Position numbers and translations under genes: made by a program
The notes under the pieces: generated by a model
Told to the model about the DNA's origin: nothing
What the model saw: only the letters and a program-made list of their open reading frames with translations
The model's database searches: none
Virus record (IMG/VR): IMGVR_UViG_3300020429_000539
Span: 44,263 to 108,262 of that record
DNA: 64,000 nucleotides
Reading direction: 5' to 3' (one strand)
Source of the DNA: a virus
Lineage: Duplodnaviria > Heunggongvirae > Uroviricota > Caudoviricetes
Shown: positions 51,413-60,790 of the stretch, in pieces
Numbering within the stretch: the first letter of the stretch is position 1
Layout: the number at the start of each line of letters is the position of its first letter

Positions 51413-52324
51413 TTACAGCAAGCTAGTTTCACTTGCAAGGCGTTGAATAGCTCGGTCTTTTGCCTTGAGTTCAATATCAAAATCAACCTCATGGCCGAAG
51501 CTATTGGGTGAACCAACTGGATAGTCTGCGTGCTTGCGAAGCAAGGGCTGACCAGGCATCGTTTCGCAATAATGAAACAATGGACGGGCATTTTTCCAAG
51601 TCGGCAAGCAAGCCTCGAAAGCCTCTTGCTCGCTCATACCACCGTCGTTGCAGAGATGATGCAAATTGTCGAAGGTTACGGGAACGCCAACAATCGGGTA
51701 GAAGATGTTGATAAGGTTGCGAACGCTCCACACTCCCTTGTCTTCATTCTCGACTGTTAAGCGGCTCGTGACAGACTCATCGCATCGTGCGAGATTGTCG
51801 CGAAACAGTGTAGCGATGTCTTCCAGATTGCCCGATGAGCGGTTGACATGGATATTGATAGGAGCTTCGTGCGAGCGTTCAGCGCCGAGTTGGTCCATGA
51901 ACCACCCGTGATGATTGAGTTCTGTAATCGTGCGATCAACAGACTCGTCGTTGAGGCTGGCAAGAACATTGAACTGGTCTGGATGACAAGAGATGCGGAG
52001 GTTGTTTGCTTTTTTCAACTCGCGACACTGAGCAAAAAGTTCTCGAAGTTCATCGGCGTTATCGAGTTCGTCAAAAACAATACCTGCATCTGGGTGAGTC
52101 ATCAGAGGAAAGATACTGCTGCTAACTCGGTATGTCCAGCCCTCATTCACGCATTGTTGCATGATGGCGTAAATGACCCGAAGATTACCCGCATATCGTT
52201 CTGTTAAAATAGAAAGGCTCTCGTCACGGGGGAGCGACGAGAACCTTTTGAATGTCATCGTTTGAAAGCGATGACCTTTATCTTGCAGAGTAGCTGAGAT
52301 GCAGCAGAGGCCGTATCGGTTCAT
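51413..52324 (-). CDS. uvsE: UV damage endonuclease (UvsE/UvdE)
   Basis: RYGLCCI, YRVSS, SCHPDQF, INIH, LTVENED, VTFDNLHH. Confidence 0.9.
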   Translation of the reverse strand: MNRYGLCCISATLQDKGHRFQTMTFKRFSSLPRDESLSILTERYAGNLRVIYAIMQQCVNEGWTYRVSSSIFPLMTHPDAGIVFDELDNADELRELFAQCRELKKANNLRISCHPDQFNVLASLNDESVDRTITELNHHGWFMDQLGAERSHEAPINIHVNRSSGNLEDIATLFRDNLARCDESVTSRLTVENEDKGVWSVRNLINIFYPIVGVPVTFDNLHHLCNDGGMSEQEAFEACLPTWKNARPLFHYCETMPGQPLLRKHADYPVGSPNSFGHEVDFDIELKAKDRAIQRLASETSLL

Positions 52325-53396
52325 CCCGCCATCATAAGCTCTTCTTCATTCACCTGATACTCTGGGAAAGTGCCTGGGATGCGAAGTTCAACACGAGTCT
52401 TGATTTTTCGCATTGCAGAGATAATAACCTGACGAATGCGTTCTTTGGTCATCTTGTTTCGATGGAGTTCACGACTGACCATCTCTGCAATCTGTTCGAG
52501 CGTATATCGTTCTTCATTTGCGTATCGCAGAATGAACGACAACCTTTCTTCAGGAGTCAGTGTTGGGCAGGAAATACCGATACCAGTCGGCTTCTCGTTG
52601 AGCATGGCATAGACAATGGTGATTGCATCAGGTTCGATATGCCCAAGCATATCTGGTCGAGGACCAAGACCGATTCCTCTGTCATCATCGCCATCAACAA
52701 TTTGATTGATGAACTCGATGTCTTCGCCTTCGCGAGCCAGCGACGAAGCGACTTTGAACCTGCTGGCAATTTTGCTTTCTCTCATCGAGAGACGCCGCAT
52801 ACTATTGAAGGCAGCATTGAAGAAGTACGTGCTGAACTTGAAACCGTACTTCGCGTTGAAGTTGTCGATTGACCTCAGCATTGAGGCAAGGCATTCTGAC
52901 CATCGCTCTTGAGCATCAAGGTTCTGTGCGTGCCCTTTTTGGTAGAGCTTCTTTGACGCAGCAAAAACCAGGCCAAGGTTGAAGAGCGTGATCTGTTCGC
53001 GCGCATGCATGAACTTGCGGTAGTGCCTGAGGATTCTACGGCGCTCATTGTAGTCAGGTTCTCGCTTTTCTTCGATGCATCGTTGTTGGATTTTGTAGAG
53101 CATCTTGCGATGCCAGTTCATATGAAGAAAAACTTCATATGAAGAAAAACGGCCTGTTCTTCATCTTTGGTCAGCAGTTCAAGTTCGATTGACTTGACAT
53201 CGCTTTCGTCAAAGTCTCCCAACATGGCATGAGCCCATGTCCAAACAGGTTCTTTTTCCAGCGGATACTGCTTATGCGAAAAGTTGGCGCTATCGAATTC
53301 CTCATGGTCGATAAACTTGATCTCGCGGCTAAGAAAAGAGTCAAGAAAATCAGACTCCTGCGAGGAAGGAGCCATTGAGGTCTTTGTGCTGGTCAT
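52321..53396 (-). CDS. sigma70-family sigma factor, interrupted by a 17-bp tandem duplication
   Basis: Region 1.2-like LLTKDEEQ in ORF 53118-53396; region 2 NLGLV...FNAKYGFKFSTY; region 4 YTLEQIA...TKERIRQ. Removing 17 bp gives one 352-aa ORF. Confidence 0.8.
53117..53150. repeat. 17-bp perfect tandem duplication
   Basis: (ttcatatgaagaaaaac)x2 at 53117-53133 and 53134-53150. Confidence 0.95.
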
Positions 53397-53403
53397 GTTT
53401 GCC

Positions 53404-54327
53404 TTAGTGTTCTGTGTGCATGCGAGCTTCAACTTCTCGCAATGCCTTTTCGGTTTGCCGTGTCTCATCATCAAACGCGATGTCGATGGCCTTGTCTTTG
53501 ATGTCTTGCCATGCTGTATGGTCTTTGATGTCGTGCGGGTCGTAGACAGGGCAAGGCTGATCGAGAACAATGGTTGCGCCAGGACATTCATCATACTTGC
53601 CTTCCCAGTGGCGGAACTGAGACAGCGCGAGCATGCGTTCGCTGACATAAATCGCTTCGTTGAGTTCGTGCGTAACAATAATGACTGTGTAAGGCGGGTC
53701 CAATCCTTCTTCAATGGCCTTACGGTTTTCTTCTCCCATTTCCAGAAGCATACGATTTGACCTGGCTCGTGTTGCTTCATCGAGCGCACTAAACGGCTCA
53801 TCCATGAGGATGATTTTGGGCTTGTTGATCATCACTTGCGCGATAGCCACGCGCTGCTTCATGCCGCCGCTGAGAGCCTTCGGATAGCGGTCGCGAGCGT
53901 GGGCGATGCCGAACCGCTCCAGCAGTCTCTCGGCCTCTCTGATATGCTCTCGACGCTTCGGGAGCCAACTCCAAGGCGTGAGCCAACGGCTGAAGATGCT
54001 CGACTGCGCCAACTGAGGAGCGAGGGCGATGTTCTTAACGGATGTCAGGTGCGGCATGAGGTCATAGTTCTGTGGCACGATGCCAACGAGACCTGATGGG
54101 CCTGTAACCTTTTGAAGCTTTCCCTCGTTGTTCTGAACCAGAATCTCACCTTCTGTTGGGTCTTCGATTCCGAGCAACAGACGGAAGAGAGTAGACTTAC
54201 CGCAACCACTGGGACCGACGAGCGAGGTAATAGAACCAGGCATCAAGTCAAAGTTGATGTCATGTAGAACCTGTGTGTCACCGTAATCCTTGTGGACGCC
54301 TCGAAAGCTGACGATTGGGGTACTCAT
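53404..54327 (-). CDS. ABC transporter ATP-binding protein (NitT/TauT-like)
   Basis: GPSGCGKST, LSGGMKQR, LMDEPFSALD, VTHE. Confidence 0.95.
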   Translation of the reverse strand: MSTPIVSFRGVHKDYGDTQVLHDINFDLMPGSITSLVGPSGCGKSTLFRLLLGIEDPTEGEILVQNNEGKLQKVTGPSGLVGIVPQNYDLMPHLTSVKNIALAPQLAQSSIFSRWLTPWSWLPKRREHIREAERLLERFGIAHARDRYPKALSGGMKQRVAIAQVMINKPKIILMDEPFSALDEATRARSNRMLLEMGEENRKAIEEGLDPPYTVIIVTHELNEAIYVSERMLALSQFRHWEGKYDECPGATIVLDQPCPVYDPHDIKDHTAWQDIKDKAIDIAFDDETRQTEKALREVEARMHTEH

Positions 54328-55346
54328 GAGTGGCCTCCTTCCGAGAACCATGGGCAGTGGATTTTCTGCGCGCCTCGAAGAAGAAGGGTCAATCCAAACG
54401 CGAACGCTGCAAGAATAATCAGGTATGGGTAGACGATGTTCATTGCCAAGAGTCTTGATTGCAAGCGAAGCTGATAGCCAAAACCAGCATCGGCAGCAGC
54501 CCATTCAGCAGCAATGAGAAAAATAATGGTTGGCCCAATCGCGGCGATGGCAGCGCGATAGGCATATGGGATGGTTTGAGGAACCACGATGCTCATGATG
54601 ACATCCAGGTGGCTGCCATACATCGTATATCCCTTCTGCAATCGCTGACGAGGAATATCTCTCACGCTCTGCATGATGGTTGTTGCATAGTGCGGAATCA
54701 CGCCGAATGCGATGAGGCCGACGAACAACGGTTCGTATTTGATGAACCAGAGCTTTTGCTCTTTTGTGCCGAGCAGAGCGAAGAAGACAGCAAGAGCAGC
54801 GGTAGGGGCGATGTACTTCGCTAGAGCAAGCGGAGGCGTCAAGAGAGCTTCGATACTACGGAAACATCCCATCAAGAGACCGATGAAGAAGCCAAAGAAG
54901 CAAGACACGATCAGCGACTCGTAGAATCGGCTGAATGATGCTTTGGCGTCGTCATAAAGCATGATATCAGATGGGTATTTCTCATGAGCCGCAGCTTTCC
55001 ACACGCGAAGCTGGTCGGCTGGCATATCGGCTTCCCATGACTCTCGCGATTGAGACTCATCATCCCACTTTTCAAACGGCTTGTTGCGTGCAGCCTGCCA
55101 TTCTTCAAACTCGCTGTCGATATACCGTTGACGACGGCGCTCAGTGCGACCTGAAATCGTTGTCATGCTCTTGATGCCATCAAGAAGCTGAATATGATTG
55201 GGGATGGTAGTGTTCTTGGGGTTTTTCTTGTGCGCGCTATACGAGAGCCAAGAGTATCCGCCGATGAGCAGCGTGATACCAATGAGCATAAGAATCCATC
55301 GTCTCTTGATGGGGATTGGTTCCCGTATCATTCGCATTTGGGCCAC
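54324..55346 (-). CDS. ABC transporter permease
   Basis: Multiple TM helices; AAEWAAADAGFGY C-terminal motif. Confidence 0.85.
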   Translation of the reverse strand: MAQMRMIREPIPIKRRWILMLIGITLLIGGYSWLSYSAHKKNPKNTTIPNHIQLLDGIKSMTTISGRTERRRQRYIDSEFEEWQAARNKPFEKWDDESQSRESWEADMPADQLRVWKAAAHEKYPSDIMLYDDAKASFSRFYESLIVSCFFGFFIGLLMGCFRSIEALLTPPLALAKYIAPTAALAVFFALLGTKEQKLWFIKYEPLFVGLIAFGVIPHYATTIMQSVRDIPRQRLQKGYTMYGSHLDVIMSIVVPQTIPYAYRAAIAAIGPTIIFLIAAEWAAADAGFGYQLRLQSRLLAMNIVYPYLIILAAFAFGLTLLLRGAQKIHCPWFSEGGHS

Positions 55347-55447
55347 CCTTCGTAGCAGTTATCGAAACAAGAAAGCACGCCCTGCCCTGTAAGACAGGGC
55401 GCGCTGTAGGAGACATTGGGAACAACAAGTCCCCGTCCTACGAAGGG

Positions 55448-56533
55448 TCAGTTCTTGCTGAGGTACAGCGTGATGTACTGCGGGTCGAAATCGAGGTCAA
55501 GCCCCGCCGAGCCGTTGATGGGATTGCCGTTGATACCGATGTTGGGAACATTCTCCACGACATCGTATTCCTCGGCCCACTTCGTCACGGTCTGCATGAT
55601 GACGCTCAGGTTCTCGACGGCAGGCGTGGACGGAATGTCGCGGCCAGCCATGAAGAGAATGCTCTCGTCGGGGTTCGAGAAGAAGCGGGTTTGGCGGCAG
55701 ACAGTTCGCATATCGCCGACACCCAGGTTACTGAACCTCTCGCCGAGGGCGATGTAGGTGTCGTCTTGAACATCGATGTCGCTGTCGGTCATGCGCTCGG
55801 TGACGGCATAGAAAGCGTTGGCGATGCACGCAGCCGCGCGGTCTCCGCCCTCGCGCTCAAGAGCGCTATTGGTCGCCACCACCGAGTCGATGATCTGGTT
55901 CTCGATGAGAGTCGAATCGAACATGACGCGAAGATTGGGATTGGTGTTGAGCGTCTGAAGCAGGTAGGGGTTCCAGAGCATGCCCGCCTGAATCTCGCCG
56001 CTGCTGAGCTTCTGAGCCGTTGTCTCGGGCGGAGAGTTTGCCCAGTCGTAGTCGTCTGCGTCCTCGCCCTGAGCCGCGAGGCCTTGTGTGAAGGTGTACT
56101 GCTGAACAGAAGCATCGAAGCCGTAGACCGTGTGGTTTCGCAGGTCATCGAAGCTCGTAATGCTCTTGTCCACGACAAGGGCATCAGCGCCGTAGCTGTT
56201 GCTCGTGGGCAGCACGATGGTCGAGGGAATGCTCTGGGCGGGAATCAGCGCGTCGCCAGCGACCAGACAGACGAAATCGAGGTCGCCAGAGCCGTAGAGC
56301 GTCATGCAGGTGTCATAGTCCACCTGAGCGAGCGTGATGTCCACGTTCCACTTGCGCTCCAGCGAGCCCATCTGTCCCTCCTCGCCGTTGATCAGCCCCA
56401 TTTCTTCGGCAACGCCGAAGGCGGACCATGACGGGTACTCGCTCCATCCGAGCGAGAAGACAGGAGCATTCTGTGCCTGAGCCGCACCCGCGAGAGCGAG
56501 GGAGGCAACGATAGCGAGGTTCTGAATCTTCAT
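55448..56533 (-). CDS. ABC transporter substrate-binding protein
   Basis: Signal peptide; FSLGWSEYPSW; SYGADAL; AGMLWNPY; NitT/TauT-type. Confidence 0.8.
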   Translation of the reverse strand: MKIQNLAIVASLALAGAAQAQNAPVFSLGWSEYPSWSAFGVAEEMGLINGEEGQMGSLERKWNVDITLAQVDYDTCMTLYGSGDLDFVCLVAGDALIPAQSIPSTIVLPTSNSYGADALVVDKSITSFDDLRNHTVYGFDASVQQYTFTQGLAAQGEDADDYDWANSPPETTAQKLSSGEIQAGMLWNPYLLQTLNTNPNLRVMFDSTLIENQIIDSVVATNSALEREGGDRAAACIANAFYAVTERMTDSDIDVQDDTYIALGERFSNLGVGDMRTVCRQTRFFSNPDESILFMAGRDIPSTPAVENLSVIMQTVTKWAEEYDVVENVPNIGINGNPINGSAGLDLDFDPQYITLYLSKN

Positions 56534-56588
56534 GATGCGTTCTCCGTGAGGGTAAGGGATTGCTGATTGTAAACCTGTTGTCGTGTGA

Positions 56589-57425
56589 TTACGACTTGTT
56601 TTCTTCGCCGATCGAAACTTCGGTTTCAGCCGTGCCGAGGTCGAGTTTTTCGGCGGGAGCCTGCTTCTTCTGACCTTCGAAGATGAAGGCGTCGAAGTCA
56701 GAAGTTGCCACATCGCTCTTGCCGGCAGAGATAAGCTCCATTTCGAGCGCTGCGACATCGGTGCCTGCCATCTCCGAAGAGATGCTTGCCTTGGCAGCGG
56801 CCTTGTTGCGAGCTTCTCGCAAACGAGTCAGGTCGTTCTCGGTCTTGTCATCGCTGATACCGTTGAGAGTATCGTTGATCTTCTTGTCGAATGCAGCCGC
56901 GCGAACATCAGCCACGGCATCCTTCGACTCGTCCTTGAGCTTCTGGATCTCCGTCTTCATCTGGCGCAGCCGCGCCTTGTGGTTCTTGATTTCCTGCTCA
57001 TCCTTGCGGATGGCGTCTTCGAGGTCGGCGATTCGCTCTTCCTTCTCAACCAGCGTGTGCGAGCGGTCGATTGCTGCCTGTCGAAGTTCCTGGTACTTCT
57101 CATCAGTGCGGAGCGCTTCTTCATCGAAGCCGAGTGCTTCGGCACGCTCCTTGGCCTTGATCTTCGCGCCGTTGATGATATCGCGAAGCTTGGTCGCGTC
57201 GCCGTTGAGTCGTTCGAGGCGAGCCATCTTCTCGTTTTTGGACTCGACCTTGGATGCAACAGCATCCATGTAGTCTTGGGCATGCTTGGTTTTCTCTTCG
57301 ACTACCTTCTGGTAGCCGCCTCGCATGGCGTCAGGATTGGTGTAAAGAGCATCGGCTGCCTTGTCGAGTTTGCCGACCAGCAGATATCCGATTGCTCTGA
57401 AAACTCGTTTGATTGCGCGGAACAT
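56589..57425 (-). CDS. PspA/IM30 (ESCRT-III-like) family protein
   Basis: MFRAIKRVFRAIG amphipathic N-helix followed by a long coiled coil. Confidence 0.7.
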   Translation of the reverse strand: MFRAIKRVFRAIGYLLVGKLDKAADALYTNPDAMRGGYQKVVEEKTKHAQDYMDAVASKVESKNEKMARLERLNGDATKLRDIINGAKIKAKERAEALGFDEEALRTDEKYQELRQAAIDRSHTLVEKEERIADLEDAIRKDEQEIKNHKARLRQMKTEIQKLKDESKDAVADVRAAAFDKKINDTLNGISDDKTENDLTRLREARNKAAAKASISSEMAGTDVAALEMELISAGKSDVATSDFDAFIFEGQKKQAPAEKLDLGTAETEVSIGEENKS

Positions 57426-57451
57426 GGTGTACTCCTTCGTAAGACTTGGGG

Positions 57452-58174
57452 TCAGGCGGTGCCAACTTGCAGTTCGGCCATTTCTTCTTGGGTTCGACGA
57501 ATCGCGACCAGTTTGTCAGACAATGACGACCGTAGCTCGTCGGTGGCGTCGAGGTCATTATCTCCGGTCACAGATATCACCTGTAAGCCACTGATGATGT
57601 TGCTCATCTCGTTCACGGTGATTTCGACATCGGCAATCAGCCGTTCACGACGCTCTAGGATGGGTTGCTTGGCCTCCGAACCAATCAGACTATCTGCGGT
57701 CGCCTTGAGGGTCAGAGTTGTCTCAAGAGCCCTCACGCTATCCGCAAAGAGGTCTTCCACCCCAGCGATAATGCTCCCCGCTGCTCTGGCGCACGTTTGA
57801 TCATTCGAGCAAGAGGAGAATGTTTGACGCAGACGACGCATGTTTCGGAGAAGAGATTGCGTTCGCGGGTCTCTGTCGTTCGCAAGACGACTGTCAAGTT
57901 CATCAAGGCGGATGCGCTCTTCTCGCTCCGCATGCAATTTGAGTTTGTCGATAACTCGTTGCTTGACTCCGTTTGAAGTCATTTGCTTGAGGAAAATGCC
58001 AAAGGACACAGCAATAAACGCTGCTCCAATAAGACCTGCCACAAGACCCTTGAGACTCAATCCCCAAGCGAACAAAAGAATGGTTGCGCCAATGGCGAAT
58101 GGTCCAAGAACAGTCCAAGAGGTGATAACCTCCCACATCAGCTTTTTCTTGATTGAGTCGCGGTCGTAGCTCAT
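57452..58174 (-). CDS. two-TM plus coiled-coil protein
   Basis: MSYDRDSIKK; two TM helices followed by a helical cytoplasmic domain. Confidence 0.65.
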   Translation of the reverse strand: MSYDRDSIKKKLMWEVITSWTVLGPFAIGATILLFAWGLSLKGLVAGLIGAAFIAVSFGIFLKQMTSNGVKQRVIDKLKLHAEREERIRLDELDSRLANDRDPRTQSLLRNMRRLRQTFSSCSNDQTCARAAGSIIAGVEDLFADSVRALETTLTLKATADSLIGSEAKQPILERRERLIADVEITVNEMSNIISGLQVISVTGDNDLDATDELRSSLSDKLVAIRRTQEEMAELQVGTA

Positions 58175-58181
58175 GGTGTTC

Positions 58182-59795
58182 TCAATACGGCTCCTGCGCG
58201 ACGATGAACATGACAGATGACGAACCACCTGAACCGTTCTGCGTTGCGGCGATGTGCCTGATTCGGTTCTCGTGAATGCCCATGCTCTGCAAGCGATTTG
58301 CCACAGTCTCGGCTCGTGCTTGCGCTAGTTCGAGATTGGCCTTATTAATGGCTTCAATGTCTTCGTCGCTTGCGTCTGGCGAAGGTGGGACGTAAGCTGC
58401 GCTGCCAACAACCTGAATGTAGTAACGAGGGAACGATTTCAGCTTATCCACCAGAGAGCGGAGATCACGCTCGGCTTGAATATGAAGCGTTGATTTGCCA
58501 CGACCAAAGCTGATAGGCTTTGCTTGAAACTCGCCCACAGCAATCAGACGGTCCCATTCGCTGTCTTGCAGTTTACGAAGCTGGTCAACCCCACGAATAG
58601 CCTCCATTTGCATGCTGCTGTTGAGGTCGCCAAGCGTAGCAGGGCCAGTTACGACGCTAACGGCGCGTCCGGGGTGAAAATCTTCGCGTCGCAGTTCGGC
58701 AAGAATCTGATCGAAGTAGAGCAGGTTAGTCTGACCCGCGATACTGTTGCTACGAGGCATCTTGCCTGTCGCGACAAGGACACGGAGAATGTTGCGAATC
58801 ATGTCTTCAATATGGTCAAGACCACCCGTCTCGTGCCGAGGCAGCAGACCAAAGTGAGCGTAGTTTTCAAGCGTATTTTTCCACACGATGCCGTTGACGA
58901 TGTTGTTGGCGCTTTCATCAGAAAGCTTGTCGCCGAGAATTTTGGCATCATCAATGACAAGCTGTTGAAGTCCGTTTGTTTTGGACTGGTACGTGTATTG
59001 GGCTCGCAGGTACGCTTCTGCAACGTCCTTTACGAGTTCGTAGTTGCTGGTAATCAAGTCGCGTCGGACGACAATGACATCAACAATAAAACCCTTGACA
59101 TTTGCGGAAGTTATGAGGCTGTGGATGCCATCGATTTCGAGAGCTTTGGAAACCCACGGCTCCCACATCGCGACGGCAACAGGTTCTCCACGGCTACCGC
59201 GAAGCTTCGAGAAAAGCTCATCGGGGCTGTCTGCTCCTTCGAACCAGTTTTCCGACAAACGAGGCAGGTTGAAGTTCGCTACCATCGTTCGAGGAAGGAA
59301 CTCGGCGGGCGAGTTGGAAATCCCCCAGATGCGAGCATTAGGGTTGTTGAGGTCTTGGATATTGCCGATTGAGTCTTGCCATGCAAGAATAGCATCTGCG
59401 CCCTGCGTTTCATCGCCAACAAGAATGATGCTTGCAGGGAGTTCTCCAAGCTCGTAACAGTTCGTGATAAAGGAATCGAGCGTAAAGAATGCGAAGTCGG
59501 CCTTGCCGTCACGGAGAGCTTTGATACGAGCCTTCGTGTCTGCCTGGTCATCTTTGAACGACATTTTGATGCCGCTGTCTCGGAGGTTGGCAGCAAACTC
59601 AGGAGAACGAGCAACTGCGTACCCGCTGAAACCATCGCCCCACCAAGTCAGTTCATGCTCATACTTGGTATTGGAGCCTGTTTGTTCGAGTTTGTCGCGA
59701 TTGATTTGCGGCATCACAACAAACTTGATGACCACAGCCACGACAATCGCGATGACCAACCAGATCGAAACTGCAATGATTGGACCCTTCTTCAT
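58182..59795 (-). CDS. membrane-anchored substrate-binding-domain plus OmpA-like fusion
   Basis: N-terminal TM; DGFSGY, DETQGADA, MWEPW; C-terminal NLELAQARAETV OmpA-like motif. Confidence 0.75.
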   Translation of the reverse strand: MKKGPIIAVSIWLVIAIVVAVVIKFVVMPQINRDKLEQTGSNTKYEHELTWWGDGFSGYAVARSPEFAANLRDSGIKMSFKDDQADTKARIKALRDGKADFAFFTLDSFITNCYELGELPASIILVGDETQGADAILAWQDSIGNIQDLNNPNARIWGISNSPAEFLPRTMVANFNLPRLSENWFEGADSPDELFSKLRGSRGEPVAVAMWEPWVSKALEIDGIHSLITSANVKGFIVDVIVVRRDLITSNYELVKDVAEAYLRAQYTYQSKTNGLQQLVIDDAKILGDKLSDESANNIVNGIVWKNTLENYAHFGLLPRHETGGLDHIEDMIRNILRVLVATGKMPRSNSIAGQTNLLYFDQILAELRREDFHPGRAVSVVTGPATLGDLNSSMQMEAIRGVDQLRKLQDSEWDRLIAVGEFQAKPISFGRGKSTLHIQAERDLRSLVDKLKSFPRYYIQVVGSAAYVPPSPDASDEDIEAINKANLELAQARAETVANRLQSMGIHENRIRHIAATQNGSGGSSSVMFIVAQEPY

Positions 59796-59809
59796 CGCGA
59801 GCGCCTCCC

Positions 59810-60757
59810 TTAGTGGCCGAGAATCGAAACAATGACGATGATGAACACGACCACGACTACCAGTCCGATGACAACAAACGTCATCACGCCCGTTGACGGC
59901 GGTGTCGCCTGCTGTTGAGGTTGTTGCTTCTGTGCAACACGCTCTCGTTCTTGTGCAGTAAGACTGGTAGCGGCGCTAGTAGGGCGAGGAGCCTCTGTTC
60001 CGATTGGATGATTCGGAGGATTCGACAAGCGCTGGATAAACGCCGTGGCTGCTTCATCTGAAAGGGGCGCGATCGTGTCGAAGTAGAACTGCGCATCCTC
60101 TGGCGAGCCTCCGCTGACTTCAGCCGTCAAAGAGGCGGAGATTGCTTTTGACAGGTCACCGGCGTTCCGAGCAAGACGATAGTTTGTGGCCGCTGTCTTG
60201 AGCGACGCATCTTCGTCCATGTCGAGCCCGATGACATTGCAAATGATACCACGCTCAACAATCTCAGGCGTATACCGTTTGACGAGACGCTGCTCGTTGC
60301 CTCGGTCAGCTTCGCCATCGGTCAACACCAGCAAGGTGTAGCTCTTGCCATCATTGTGTTGTTCTTGGCGAATATCCATCAGGCGGTCTGCCCCTCGCTT
60401 CAGGTATGTCCCAAGGGGCGTGCCGCCATCGGGCGAGAGCCGGGCAACAGCAGCTTCAAGCTTGGCGTGGTCGAGCTTCGAGAAGTCGTAGACCCAACCA
60501 TTGTTACCTGCATTTGCGCCGAAAACCAGCAGGCCAAGATTGGTGTTTTCAGGAAGTTGCCGCGTGACTTCGAGCAGGGCTTCGACAGCAACATCCCATT
60601 TGGTTCTGTTGCGGTCGCTTGTGATGGGCCTGTCCATCGAGCCGCTGCCGTCAAGAACGACGATGTAGTTCTCGACCTGCCTTGTGGTTCCGACTTGCGC
60701 GATGGCTTGCGTTGCGAGCGCCGTGACCGTCGCAATGAGAACGAGAGCGTATCTCAT
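59810..60757 (-). CDS. secreted or membrane vWA-domain protein
   Basis: MIDAS VVLDGSGSM, GGTPL, VLTDGE; C-terminal TM. Confidence 0.9.
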   Translation of the reverse strand: MRYALVLIATVTALATQAIAQVGTTRQVENYIVVLDGSGSMDRPITSDRNRTKWDVAVEALLEVTRQLPENTNLGLLVFGANAGNNGWVYDFSKLDHAKLEAAVARLSPDGGTPLGTYLKRGADRLMDIRQEQHNDGKSYTLLVLTDGEADRGNEQRLVKRYTPEIVERGIICNVIGLDMDEDASLKTAATNYRLARNAGDLSKAISASLTAEVSGGSPEDAQFYFDTIAPLSDEAATAFIQRLSNPPNHPIGTEAPRPTSAATSLTAQERERVAQKQQPQQQATPPSTGVMTFVVIGLVVVVVFIIVIVSILGH

Positions 60758-60790
60758 GGTTTTCTCCTTTGTCTGGTATGTATGCGACGA

